Origin: Gammaproteobacteria bacterium
Lineage (GTDB): Bacteria; Pseudomonadota; Gammaproteobacteria; Ga0077536
NCBI GenBank assembly: GCA_963662545.2
Contig: CAXXLL010000002.1
Coordinates: 736,001 to 800,000 of the forward strand
DNA length: 64,000 bases
Reading direction: 5' to 3'
The translations under genes and the position numbers were made by a program. The notes beneath the pieces are model-generated. The model made no database searches. It saw only the letters and a program-made list of their open reading frames with translations, and was not told the origin of the DNA. This document shows, piece by piece, positions 19,123 to 29,799 of this stretch (positions are counted from its first letter, which is position 1; each line of letters opens with the position of its first letter).

Positions 19123-19923
19123 ATGGACTTGGAACTCAATGATAAATCGGTGATCGTTACCGGTGGCGCGTCCAATATCGGGCGGGCGATCGTGCTGGCG
19201 TTTGCTCGTGAAGGCGCGCGGATCACGGTGGGCGACATCGACGTCGAGCAGGCGGAACGGGTCGCGGAAGTCGCGCGGCGGCAAGGCGCCGCAGAGATAA
19301 TAGTGCTTGAGACCGACATCACTGATCTGCAGCAGGTGAAGTCGATGACCAAGGCAGCGGAAGATCGCTACGGTTGTATCGATATTTTGGTCAACAATGT
19401 CGGCTGGGATCAGCTCATGTTTTTTTCGCAGACAACACCGGAGTTCTGGGAAAAGGTGATCCGCATCAACTACGTCGGCAACCTGAACTGCACCCACACC
19501 GTGCTCGGTATCATGCTCGAGAATAAAACGCCGGGCGCTATCGTCTCTCTGAGCTCGGACGCCGGTCGGCAGGGAGAGCCGCGCGAAGCGGTGTACGGCG
19601 GTATCAAGGCCGGAATTAACGCCTTTATGAAAACCCTCGCTAAAGAAAATGGCCGCTATGGGATCCGCTGCAATACGGTTTGTCCCGGTGTGACGGTTCC
19701 GGAGGACGACGAGGAGGTCGGCGCGACCAGCATGTGGACCGACAAGACGTCATTATTTACCCCAGACCAACTCGAGGCCGTTGCCCGGGCAATGCCGCTG
19801 AAAAAACTGGGGCGGGCGCGAGACGTGGCCAACGCAGTGCTTTTTCTTGCCTCTAACTCAGCCGCGGGTCATATAACGGGCCAGGTGCTGAGCGTCAGTG
19901 GCGGCTATAGTATGGTGGGTTAG
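19123..19923 (+). CDS. SDR oxidoreductase (BadH-like)
   Basis: TGGASNIG, NNVGWD, SSDAGR, YGGIK. Confidence 0.9.
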   Translation: MDLELNDKSVIVTGGASNIGRAIVLAFAREGARITVGDIDVEQAERVAEVARRQGAAEIIVLETDITDLQQVKSMTKAAEDRYGCIDILVNNVGWDQLMFFSQTTPEFWEKVIRINYVGNLNCTHTVLGIMLENKTPGAIVSLSSDAGRQGEPREAVYGGIKAGINAFMKTLAKENGRYGIRCNTVCPGVTVPEDDEEVGATSMWTDKTSLFTPDQLEAVARAMPLKKLGRARDVANAVLFLASNSAAGHITGQVLSVSGGYSMVG

Positions 19924-19946
19924 CAACCGAATTTTATCGAGTATCA

Positions 19947-21653
19947 ATGATGAATAATCACTATGACCTGAAGATCGTCAATGCGCAGATCGCCGATGGC
20001 TCGGGCGGGCCGCTGTTCGGCGGCGACATTGGTATTCGCGACGGTCTGCTGACTGACGTTGGTGCGGCGCCGGGTGACGCATCTGAAACGATCGATGCCG
20101 CAGGCCACGTCGTTGCACCGGGTTTCGTCGATATTCATACGCACTACGATGCCCAGATCCTATGGGATCGAATGTTGACGATCTCCCCGTGGCATGGCGT
20201 CACTACGGTGGTGATGGGCAATTGCGGTTTCAGCGTTGCCCCGACGCGTCCAGCGCATCGCGACATGATGATCCGTACCCTGGAAAACGTTGAGGGCATG
20301 ACCGCCAGTGCGCTGCAAGCGGGACTCGGCGAAGACTGGCCGTTCGAGACTTTCCCCGAGTATCTCGACGTGATCGAATCACGCGGCATCGCGATCAACG
20401 TGGGCGCGATGATCGGACATACCGCATTGCGTACCTATGTCATGGGCGAGGAAGCGACAGAGCGCGAAGCGACGACCGCTGAGATCGACCATATGCGCGC
20501 GCTGGTCGACGAGGCGATGACAGCCGGTGCGCTCGGTTTCGCCACGTCGAAGGCCATTACCCATGTCGGCTACCAGGGTAAGCCGGTACCCAGCCGGGCG
20601 GCTTCGTTCGATGAGATCCGAAGCCTCGCGGCTGTCCTGCGCGACACCGGCCGCAGTGGCGTGATTCAGGCGACCGTTGGACCGACTCTTTCCTATGACG
20701 AATTCTCGGAACTCAATGAAGTTTCGGGATGCACGGTCACTTGGACCGCGCTGCTCGCCGGCGCCGCGATCCATGAAGGCACCGCCAGCGAACAGTTACG
20801 TCATTCCGAGGCCTTGATCGCGCGGGGCTATGACGTCGTTCCCCAGGTGACGCCGCGGCCGTTGAATTTCGAGTTTCAGCTCAAGGCGCCTTTTGTGCTC
20901 GAGGCGATGCGATTGTTCCGTCCGGTATCCGAAGCGGACCATGAGGGTAAGAAGCGACTCTACGCCGACCCCGCGTTCCGCGCCAAGGTGTGGGAGAAGC
21001 TCGACGGGCGCATACCCTGGACGTTCAAAAACGGCTTCCGGGGAACGGTCATATCGGAGGTGCCGGGAAAACCGGAGCTCGGTGAACGCGGCCTGTTTGA
21101 ATTGGCGCAAGAGCGCGGCGTGACGCCGGTCGAATTGTTGTTCGATCTCGGTCTTGAATCCGATCTGGAAGCGCGCTTCCGCATGCCGGTAGCCAATCAC
21201 GACGAGGACGAGGTCGAAGAGCTGTTGCTGAGCACCGATACCGTGATCGGTCTTTCCGATGCCGGCGCCCACGCCAGCCAACTCTGCGACGCGTGTCTGA
21301 CGACTTATCTTTTCCGCCGCTGGGTGCGCGAGAAACAGGTGATCAAACTGGAAGAGGCGGTGCGGATGGTAACCTCAAGGCCGGCCGAGGTGTTCGGCAT
21401 TCACGATCGCGGGCGATTGCTGGCCGGCTTCGCGGGCGATGTCGTGATCTTTGATCCCGATACCATCGGCGATGAGCCGCTACGGCGCGTTTGGGATTTT
21501 CCCGGCGGCGCCGATCGCCTGGTATCCAGCGCCCTCGGCATCGATGCCGTCATCGTCAACGGCAAGGTCCTGCGGCGGCATAACCAGGATTGCGTTGATG
21601 TCGATGGCCCGCTGCCGGGACGCCTGCTGAGAAATGGCCGGGCAAGGTCATGA
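19947..21653 (+). CDS. N-acyl-D-amino-acid deacylase family amidohydrolase
   Basis: PGFVDIHTHYDAQ, WHGVTTVVMGNCG, SDAGAH. Confidence 0.92.
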   Translation: MMNNHYDLKIVNAQIADGSGGPLFGGDIGIRDGLLTDVGAAPGDASETIDAAGHVVAPGFVDIHTHYDAQILWDRMLTISPWHGVTTVVMGNCGFSVAPTRPAHRDMMIRTLENVEGMTASALQAGLGEDWPFETFPEYLDVIESRGIAINVGAMIGHTALRTYVMGEEATEREATTAEIDHMRALVDEAMTAGALGFATSKAITHVGYQGKPVPSRAASFDEIRSLAAVLRDTGRSGVIQATVGPTLSYDEFSELNEVSGCTVTWTALLAGAAIHEGTASEQLRHSEALIARGYDVVPQVTPRPLNFEFQLKAPFVLEAMRLFRPVSEADHEGKKRLYADPAFRAKVWEKLDGRIPWTFKNGFRGTVISEVPGKPELGERGLFELAQERGVTPVELLFDLGLESDLEARFRMPVANHDEDEVEELLLSTDTVIGLSDAGAHASQLCDACLTTYLFRRWVREKQVIKLEEAVRMVTSRPAEVFGIHDRGRLLAGFAGDVVIFDPDTIGDEPLRRVWDFPGGADRLVSSALGIDAVIVNGKVLRRHNQDCVDVDGPLPGRLLRNGRARS

Positions 21654-21690
21654 AGGTCCTGCGGACCGCGGCAAGAAAGGAGACAGGCGT

Positions 21691-22812
21691 ATGTTGAAAC
21701 CCATCATTTCCGCGGACAGCCATGTCAGCGAACCGCCTAACTGCTACGTGGATTTCATCGATATAAAATTCAAAGCACGCGCGCCACGGCTGGAACATGA
21801 TGCAAAGCGCGGCGATATATTCAGGATCGAGGGCAGCAAGCAGCCGATCCCGATGTCCCTTGTCTCTGCGGCCGGTAAGGCGCCGGAGGAACTGTCGGCC
21901 AGGGGCGCGCGCTTCGAAAAGCTCCACCGGGGCGGTTGGGAGCCTCATGCGCGGATCAGGGATCAGGAAACCGACGGCATTGCGGCGGAAGTCATCTATC
22001 CGTCGGTGGGCATGGAGCTCTGCAATATACCCGACATTGATTTAAAGCAGGCCTGTATGGAAGCCTACAATCGCTGGTTGGTCGAATTTTGCGCCCCCTA
22101 TCCCCATCGGCTGATCGGGCTCGGGCAGTGCGCGGTGCGCACACCTGCCGATGGCATCAAGGAACTCGAGGCGATCAAGAAGCTTGGGTTCAAAGGCGTG
22201 ATGCTACCGGGATTGCCGGCGCGCGAAGACTACGCCCATGAGATGTACGGCGAATTCTTTGATGCGGTGATCGAACTCGAATTAGTGCCGAGTTTCCACA
22301 TTCTCACTTCGGGCGAGGCTTTGTTGCAAGGTTTTCGCGGTTCGAAAATCAACTCTTTCATGGCCGTGGTGCGCGGCAACCAGGAGCTGATGAGCATGTT
22401 TGTCTTCGACGGCATTTTCATGCGGCACCCCAATCTTAAAATCGTTTCGGTCGAGGCCGACGGCGGCTGGATCCCGCATTACATGTATCGCATGGACCAC
22501 GCCTATGAGCGGCACCGCCACTGGATGCGCGGCAGGGAACTCGACAGGCGTCCCAGCGAATACTTCCGCGAGCATATCTACTTTACGTTCCAGGACGATC
22601 ACACCGCATTTCAATTCAAGGATTACGTCAATATAGAGCGCATGATGTGGGCGAACGACTTTCCCCACTCGGATTCGACCTGGCCTTGGTCGCAGCAACT
22701 ATTGAAAAAGGAATTGGCACACATGACGGAGGCCGAGAAGAACCTGATCCTGCACGAGAACGTCGCGAAGCTATACCAACTCGATACCTCAGCACTGCGA
22801 GCGGCGGCGTAA
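21691..22812 (+). CDS. Amidohydrolase_2 family protein
   Basis: ISADSHVSEP, AYNRWL, MWANDFPHSDSTWP. Confidence 0.9.
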   Translation: MLKPIISADSHVSEPPNCYVDFIDIKFKARAPRLEHDAKRGDIFRIEGSKQPIPMSLVSAAGKAPEELSARGARFEKLHRGGWEPHARIRDQETDGIAAEVIYPSVGMELCNIPDIDLKQACMEAYNRWLVEFCAPYPHRLIGLGQCAVRTPADGIKELEAIKKLGFKGVMLPGLPAREDYAHEMYGEFFDAVIELELVPSFHILTSGEALLQGFRGSKINSFMAVVRGNQELMSMFVFDGIFMRHPNLKIVSVEADGGWIPHYMYRMDHAYERHRHWMRGRELDRRPSEYFREHIYFTFQDDHTAFQFKDYVNIERMMWANDFPHSDSTWPWSQQLLKKELAHMTEAEKNLILHENVAKLYQLDTSALRAAA

Positions 22813-22858
22813 AGTCTCCATCGCGCTGCATTGGATTTTGAAAGAGAGGCGAGGGAAG

Positions 22859-23503
22859 ATGGCCAAACCGGTATTACGTAACCGTCAGTGTGAGGATCTG
22901 GGTATCGAATATCCGATTTTTCTCCCCGGGATGGCGGGGCGGGGCGATCCGACGCCGCCGGAAATGGTCGCCGCCGAATCGGAGGCGGGGGGTATGGGCG
23001 TACTCGGTACGTCCGGGTTCGAACCCGACGAGATCCGCCGCCGCATACGCGAAGTGCGTAAATTGACCGACAAACCGTTCGGGGTCGATTGCTTGTTACC
23101 CGTCCGGCACGTCGATGCCGCGCCGACCCGGTCGGGGGTCCGTGAACAGATCAAGAAGGAGTATCCCGCGCACGCCCAAGGCACCAAGCTCATGGGGATT
23201 GCCGGCAACGTGCGTCATGCCCACCGCCAAATTGCGGCGGGGACCGATATCGTGATCGCCGCCGGTCATGAAGGCGGCGGCCATGTCGGGCCGATTGGTA
23301 CCTTTCCACTGATACCGCAAATCGTGGATGCGATCGCGCCAGCGCCGGTGGCGGCGGCCGGCGGGATCGGGGACAGCCGCGGCGTCGCGGCGGCGTTAGC
23401 GTTGGGGGCGCAGGCCATTTGGGTCGGAACCGCCTTTCTCGTTGCCGATGAATGTGCCATCCCCGATGCCCGCTCATTATTGAAACGTTTTCGCGCCGAG
23501 TAA
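22859..23503 (+). pseudogene. Nitronate monooxygenase family gene, internally deleted and 3' truncated
   Basis: GIEYPIF..GM, KPFGVD, GHEGGGH, AAGGIGD, WVGTAFL motifs, but only about 215 aa and running into the convergent gene. Confidence 0.75.
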
Positions 23504-24004
23504 TCGCTGCGAAAACAATACACCTGTAGCAAGGTTCTCACTGAAGGCGATATTGGCCATCGACGCGACTGTCGGACGCACGTCGAGGGGAGCATCAACT
23601 GTTGCAAGCTTTACGCCAAGCGCTTCCAGCACGGGCGCGATTGCACGACCCATCGGGACCTGCCAGGGATTACCCTCGCCCTCTTCGCCTCTCATCGTGA
23701 TCAACAGCAACAATGGAAATTCGCACGCCCGCGCTATTGAGGCGATAGCATTGACGCAGTTGCCGACGCCGCTGGATTGCATCAGCAAGGCGCCGCGCTC
23801 GCCGCCCAGCCACGCGCCTGCCAGTAAACCGATACCTTCCTCTTCGCTCGCCAGTGGTACCGCACGCATATCGCCGTCGGCAATGCACAATTCAAGCAGG
23901 CGTTTGTGACCGGCATCGGGTACATAGACGATCTGGCGAACGTACAATTGCTTGAGTACGTCGTGAATATCCGCAGGCCAATCGATTGAATCGCTGGCGC
24001 TCAA
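23477..24004 (-). CDS. TPP-dependent decarboxylase alpha subunit (sulfopyruvate/phosphonopyruvate decarboxylase type)
   Basis: YVPDAGH, EEEGIGLLAGAWLGG, MQSSGVGN, NPWQVPMG. Confidence 0.85.
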   Translation of the reverse strand: MSASDSIDWPADIHDVLKQLYVRQIVYVPDAGHKRLLELCIADGDMRAVPLASEEEGIGLLAGAWLGGERGALLMQSSGVGNCVNAIASIARACEFPLLLLITMRGEEGEGNPWQVPMGRAIAPVLEALGVKLATVDAPLDVRPTVASMANIAFSENLATGVLFSQRLLGAKTFQ

Positions 24005-24131
24005 TAAGCTCCGTCCCGAAGAGACATGGATTTATTTCGGGCCAGCGTAACATTTTCGAAACCTGCATCACTCTGATCGTTTAAACTAGTCGATTCATGA
24101 ACCTAAGCTCTTGCGCGAGTGAATTTATCCG

Positions 24132-25022
24132 GTGCCGGTAGATACCGCTGTTGTCGGATGCACGACTGAGACTGTCGTTCACGAGGTCGACGCACGCTGG
24201 ATCATGGCTTACGGGGCGAGCCTTGGAGACATGCAGGCTTGCTACCTCGATACCACCCGCGAGGCCGGTATCGTCGCGCACCCGGTGTTTGCGATCTGCC
24301 CCGAATGGCCCGCAGTCGTGGCTTCCCGCGACTTGCTACATCCGCACGGTTTATCTCAAGAAGAATGCCGCCGGGGTGTCCATGGTACGCATGATCTGCA
24401 GGTTCACCGCCTCATCCGGCCGGGCGATCGGCTCTCCAGTCAGGCGACGATCGTGTCGGTCGAGGCGAAGAGACCCGGTGCACTCATTCTCGTGCGGATC
24501 GATACGCGCGATGAGAGTGGACGCGAGGTGGCGACCACGGTTCAAGGGCATGTGTATCGCGATGTCGCCGTAGTGGGGGAGCCGCCACCCCCATGCTTGG
24601 GCGTGCCCCACTGGCCTGAGCGCATTTCCGACCGCTCGTCCCCGATCAAAACGATCAAAGTTCCGATTGGCGCCAACGCGGCACATATCTACACCGAATG
24701 CGCGCGCATCTGGAACCCGGTTCACACCGACGTGGCCGTTGCCAAGGCGGCCGGGCTGCCAGACGTCATCCTGCACGGTAGCGCTACGCTGGCGCTCGCC
24801 GTATCGAACATCGTTGATCACGTGGGCGGCAACGAACCGAGCCGCGTCCAACGGGTCTACGGTAGATTCCGGGGCATGGTGCTAATGCCCTCAAGCATCA
24901 ATGTGATCATCTACGCGCCCGCCGAGCGTGAAGCAGCGATGGATGTTCGTTTCGAAGTCATCAATGCCGAGGGCCAAGCCGCCGTGGCTGATGGACTGGT
25001 AACGCTTACGGGTGCACTGTAA
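24132..25022 (+). CDS. Tandem MaoC/hot-dog dehydratase
   Basis: AHPVF, GVHGTH, WNPVHTD..A.AAGLPDVILHG. Confidence 0.85.
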   Translation: MPVDTAVVGCTTETVVHEVDARWIMAYGASLGDMQACYLDTTREAGIVAHPVFAICPEWPAVVASRDLLHPHGLSQEECRRGVHGTHDLQVHRLIRPGDRLSSQATIVSVEAKRPGALILVRIDTRDESGREVATTVQGHVYRDVAVVGEPPPPCLGVPHWPERISDRSSPIKTIKVPIGANAAHIYTECARIWNPVHTDVAVAKAAGLPDVILHGSATLALAVSNIVDHVGGNEPSRVQRVYGRFRGMVLMPSSINVIIYAPAEREAAMDVRFEVINAEGQAAVADGLVTLTGAL

Positions 25023-25124
25023 GCGCGCCCGACGATTCACCACCCACAGCCGTTCGGATAAACGATTCCGGGACCACCGCCTTGCTTATTGCGGGCTACC
25101 TGAAATTAGAAATCTGTTCTAGCA

Positions 25125-25154
25125 GTTGCTCTAGGATTTAAATCCTAGAGCAAC
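25125..25154. repeat. Perfect 30-bp palindrome
   Basis: gttgctctaggattt followed by aaatcctagagcaac. Confidence 0.85.
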
Positions 25155-25260
25155 CTCCTGCTTTCTAGGCGGGGTTTTCTTTTTGCGCGTGAGTTATGCT
25201 CTGCTGCGAGAGCCCCGCTTCAGGGCGGTTCTGTAGCAACCTCCGGCGAATTGCGGACTA
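25146..25260. repeat. Repeat family C, copy 1
   Basis: gcaacctcctgc..ctaggcgggg...ccccgcttcagggcgg...gcaacctccggcgaattgc. Confidence 0.55.
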
Positions 25261-25562
25261 CAGTAGTTCTTTGCCAGTGTTGATTGGCTTTGGCTATCTT
25301 GTCTGACGATTGTTCCGGATTCTCACGCAAAACGGGAGCACGGAGTAAAGATTATCTGCACATAGATAACAAAGGGGGAAGGGCAAGCCGGGAATCTTTA
25401 TTTGTTCGCGATGTCTATATAGTTAGTCGATAACTTTCTGGTCTCGAGAGCGAAACTTAGAGGGCAAGAAGTTTGCGCAACACACGACACTGAGTTTGAA
25501 AACAACGATATTTGGCGAAATGCGCGCCGGTCGAAATTTCGGTGGTTCAGGAGGTCGATTCA

Positions 25563-26425
25563 ATGGCTGCCCGCAACGATTGTCAGCGCCCTTGGTTGCT
25601 CCTTGTGTTGGGGCTTTTCGTAATTTCGCCTGTTCATGCAATCGTCGTTGACTTTGAGACCCTCCCCATAGGGTCGTTTAGCGGCGAAACGTCTGAATCG
25701 GGCTACACTATTTCGCACGAGGGGGTAAGCCCCGCGAGCGCACTAGCTGCCATTGTAGGAGGAGGGCCTACCAATTGTGGCCCGCCATGCGCGTCCAACA
25801 CGACGAATAGTCTTGGTGGGTTTAACGCTAGTGCATTTGTAGTTACGAGCGATGCAGGTACGCCTTTTTCGCTATTTGCCTTTGACGCGGCGGAGACGTT
25901 CTCAGGTGAGCCGACTACTTGGGCAGATACTGTTGTGGTGGTCGGTGAACTTTTTGGCGGCGGCCAAATCATGCTCGGGTTCGCCCTGGATGGAATAAAT
26001 GACGCCTTCGGCGGGCAGGATGATTTCCAGCCTTTTCTCTTACCTAGCACATTCGCCGATTTGACAAGCGTCCGATTTGTAGGCGACGGAGGTTTTTCGC
26101 CGCTTAACAACGGGTTCATGTTGGACAACCTCGGGTTATCGGTGAACTTTTTGGCGGCGGCCAAATCATGCTCGGGTTCGCCCTGGATGGAATAAATGAC
26201 GCCTTCGGCGGGCAGGATGATTTCCAGCCTTTTCTCTTACCTAGCACATTCGCCGATTTGACAAGCGTCCGATTTGTAGGCGACGGAGGTTTTTCGCCGC
26301 TTAACAACGGGTTCATGTTGGACAATATCGTTTTATCACCATTATTAGTTCCTGCACCTCCAGGCTTGCCCGTTTTCGCCATATGTGCAGGTGGCGTGGC
26401 GTGGGTACGCCGCCGCTGTACGTAA
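25563..26425 (+). pseudogene. PEP-CTERM-like exported protein frameshifted by an internal tandem duplication
   Basis: AGGAGG RBS, signal peptide, C-terminal VPAP-TM-RRR; 187-bp direct repeat at 25942-26128 and 26139-26325. Confidence 0.8.
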
Positions 26426-26599
26426 GGGAACCCGATGTAAGATGGGTAGCATTAAGCGCACTACGCCATAACTGCACCCCACGATGCACCTTAAGCGAGC
26501 GAAGTAGCCGCTTCCTGCGGCGAATCTCAGACCGAAGCATTTATATAGCTGGGCGCTCTGTAGCCGCGCTTTCGAACAAGCTATCTCAGCATTTCACCG

Positions 26600-26915
26600 T
26601 CCAACGCATTCTCGGGCGTTCTAGGCGGCGCTCCTTAGAATTTAGTACGCTGCTGCTCGAGGGACGAGAACGCCGCCTAGAAGCGGGCGCAGAGCATCCT
26701 GGCGAGTAGTTAAATATCAGAGCGAATATATAGCTGAATTGTTCGCAATCACTCTAGACTTTCAACCCTCGGGCATCCTCCTGCGCCCTAGGCGATTTTT
26801 TAATGCTAGAGTATATTTGTGTGCGTCCATCGAGAACGGAATTTCGGATTGTGCTTTAGCCAGACGTGTGCCGCCTGCAAGCGGTATTGGAGCGTCCTCC
26901 GGCGAATTGCAGACC
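26600..26915. repeat. Repeat family C, two adjacent copies
   Basis: ttctaggcggcg...cgccgcctagaa; ctcgggcatcctcctgcgccctaggcg...ccgcctgcaagcggtat...tcctccggcgaattgc. Confidence 0.6.
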
Positions 26916-27212
26916 GGCCGCTTTCTTTTGGTAATCAGCCCCGCCATTCCGTGCGCACTGAATCGAACTAGACGGTTTGCTTGCCACCTTGCCACCGATA
27001 AACGCCGGACACGCGCCCTGTGCAGCGGGAGGACTCGACGCTATTACAAGGGTCGCGCCGACTCAGCTTCCAACCCCGTGTGACGCAAAACACCGGCGCC
27101 GTAGGGCGCCCATACCTCACATGAAGTATGGAATGTGTTCGGCTATGGCTACCATGCATCGAAATCGTGTTTTCTGGCGATGCTACTTTTCTAGGCGTAT
27201 AAGGAATTTATT

Positions 27213-28148
27213 GTGAAAAAGGTACTTTCATTAGATGGCGGCGGGATACGCGGGCTGATTCCCGCATTGGTTCTCGCAGCAATAGAAAACGCAACCGGAA
27301 AATCAATATCAGAGTCGTTTGATTTAATCGCTGGCACGTCGACAGGGGGAATACTCGCTCTGGGGCTTGTCAAGGACGAAGGAAATGGCGAGCCGCAATA
27401 CAGCGCAACGGCGCTAGCGAAGCTATACGAACAGAGGGGGAAGGATATATTTTCCCGTTCCCTGTGGAAAGGTGCTTCATCCGCAGGAGGGCTGCTCGAT
27501 GAGAAATACTCTGAAGATGGCTTGGAGGAAGTTCTCGACGAGTATTTCGATAACGAGCCTTTGGGGGCTGCTCTAACGAACGTGCTTGTCACGAGCTACG
27601 ACATTCAGAATCGAGCGCCGCATTTCTTCAAGAGCTGGCATCCGGATATGAGGGCGGTCGAAATGAAGTTCGTTGGGCGAGCCACTTCTGCTGCGCCCAC
27701 GTATTTCGAACCCGCTCTCGTCCCAGTGCAGGGTACGATGCGGGCGTTAATTGACGGCGGCGTTTTCGTAAACAACCCGGTTGTTTCCGCATATGCAGAG
27801 GCCAAACGAATTTTTCCTGGAGAAGAAGAAATGCTCGTTGTGTCTATCGGAACCGGGGAGCTGACTCGCCCAATCGCCTACAGCGATGCTAAAGACTGGG
27901 GCAAAGCGGGATGGATGTTGCCTGTTCTTAGTTGCGTATTTGACGGTGTTTCGGATGCGGCCAACTATCAGATGCAGCAGATACTTAATGATGGTTTTGT
28001 CAGATTCCAGACAAGCTTAACAATCGCTTCTGACGATATGGACAATGTTACAAATGGCAATATTCAAAACCTAAAGGCGGAGGCGAAAAAACTGATTAGA
28101 ACACACAAGCAAGAGTTAGAGCGGCTTGTCGAGGCGCTAAAAACGTAA
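27213..28148 (+). CDS. Patatin-like phospholipase
   Basis: LSLDGGGIRG, GTSTG nucleophile, SAAPTYF, DGG. Confidence 0.93.
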   Translation: MKKVLSLDGGGIRGLIPALVLAAIENATGKSISESFDLIAGTSTGGILALGLVKDEGNGEPQYSATALAKLYEQRGKDIFSRSLWKGASSAGGLLDEKYSEDGLEEVLDEYFDNEPLGAALTNVLVTSYDIQNRAPHFFKSWHPDMRAVEMKFVGRATSAAPTYFEPALVPVQGTMRALIDGGVFVNNPVVSAYAEAKRIFPGEEEMLVVSIGTGELTRPIAYSDAKDWGKAGWMLPVLSCVFDGVSDAANYQMQQILNDGFVRFQTSLTIASDDMDNVTNGNIQNLKAEAKKLIRTHKQELERLVEALKT

Positions 28149-28328
28149 GGCTCCATAGCAGGATATTGTCATCGCGCTAGCAGACAATAATTACGCCGCG
28201 CGATGCAGTTGTCACGCGCTACAATAATGGAGAGCGGATAATTCTACGGACGGACGAAGATAGACAATACGACAACGACCACTTGATGTGCTTTGAGCAA
28301 GGCGGTGAATTGGACTGCAACAGAGTAG

Positions 28329-28613
28329 ATGTTATCGAGGAACAATAAAGTGCGACGGCTAAGTTTGTTATTAGTTTGCGTGAGCGTTGTTGCGCAAACG
28401 CAGATAGTGAAGGCCGAATTGTTCGGACCAGCTACCTTTGAGGATTGCATACTCGAAAATATGAAAGGTGTTACAAGTGATTTCGCGGCTCGCGCCATTC
28501 AAAGCGCATGCCGAGAAAAATTCCCTGCGAAACTACCAAAATGCACATCCATAAAGGATTCGGCAGAGCGATTCAAAGCAGAAAGGCGCCGCGAATGTAT
28601 AAAACCCGAGTAA
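28329..28613 (+). CDS. Small secreted Cys-containing protein
   Basis: Signal peptide; FEDCILENMKG...IQSACREKFP. Confidence 0.6.
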   Translation: MLSRNNKVRRLSLLLVCVSVVAQTQIVKAELFGPATFEDCILENMKGVTSDFAARAIQSACREKFPAKLPKCTSIKDSAERFKAERRRECIKPE

Positions 28614-28686
28614 CCGTTGAATCAGAAGAAGCCCAGCAAGCCATACGATAGACAATTAGCAACGTTCAATCTGTCTTCGCAATCAC

Positions 28687-28972
28687 TTTAGATTATCAAT
28701 TCTCGGGCATCCTCCTGCGCCCTAGACGGTCTTCCGTCCCGGAGAGCATCTTCAATGCTGCGAGCGTCGAAAACCGCCTACAAGCGGTATCGGGGTGTCC
28801 TGCGGCGAATCTTAGGCTGCCTTCGCTCTGCGCAGTGCTTGCGATTTCGCAATCTGCGCTCGCGGCTAACGTCTAAATTCTATTCCTCGCGCATCCTCCT
28901 ACTTCCTAAGCGGTCTTCGACGCCCGTGAGTATATTGGCTCGCTCTGCTGCAGAAAATCGTCTTAGGGATGA
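28687..28972. repeat. Repeat family C, two adjacent copies
   Basis: ctcgggcatcctcctgcgccctagacgg...ccgcctacaagcggtat...tcctgcggcgaat; ctcgcgcatcctcctacttcctaagcgg. Confidence 0.6.
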
Positions 28973-29423
28973 AATGGCAACGTTCCATGTACCGAATGTG
29001 CGCCAGAGGCGAGCCAGGTGTTTTTCAAGTGAAACAGAATGAAGCGCTTAGTCTTGACTTGATGGGCGTGGATAGTCCTCGGGCTGGGGGCTTTACATTT
29101 CCGTGCAATCAATCATTGTTCGAATAGCTTCATAAATTGGCGCCCGCGTTTCGGTGGTTGCCGTGAATCGAGAAACCCACCTTCAACGTTCGACTTTGCC
29201 TACTGTCTGACGGTATGGGAGCAATCTTTATTAGCTGAGGAAATGGGACTAAGCTTCTGAGAAGGCGCAATCATTCTCAAATATATTAATTGACGAAACG
29301 TTCGCGCTTAATGCTTATGCAGGCCGTGAATTCAATGCGCTGTAGATACGAAATTTACCACAAACGGATTTTCTGCGAGCGCAAGCCTCCACGTAAATTT
29401 CTACTATTAAATTCGGGGTAGGT

Positions 29424-29696
29424 ATGGCCGAGTTATTGCTCTGGGCTGCTCGAATCGTTGTGGTAGCGATATTTGTACTCTTGCTTGCGGTCGTTTTCCG
29501 ATTCTTTCAACTCGAAGACGAGAGCGAGCGGCAAGAATATGGCGACGCTGGTAAGCCGTTCTTTAAACAAAATGTGGAAGTCGGAAGCCATTTCGGCCCG
29601 AAATCCAAAGTGCCTCGTTGGCAAGCGTGGCTAGGAGCGCTAGCTATTCCCATCGGCATACTGGTAGTGCTTATCGTGAGTTCATTTAACGATTGA
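29424..29696 (+). CDS. Small two-TM membrane protein
   Basis: Two hydrophobic segments around a charged loop. Confidence 0.55.
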   Translation: MAELLLWAARIVVVAIFVLLLAVVFRFFQLEDESERQEYGDAGKPFFKQNVEVGSHFGPKSKVPRWQAWLGALAIPIGILVVLIVSSFND

Positions 29697-29799
29697 GCCG
29701 AAAGATGCTAGTGAAATCCACGACAAAACGTCATAGCGCGGCGCGCATACAGCGCCCGGGAGCGCGTCTTTATTCGCGATGAAGGGAGCAAGGGGGAAA

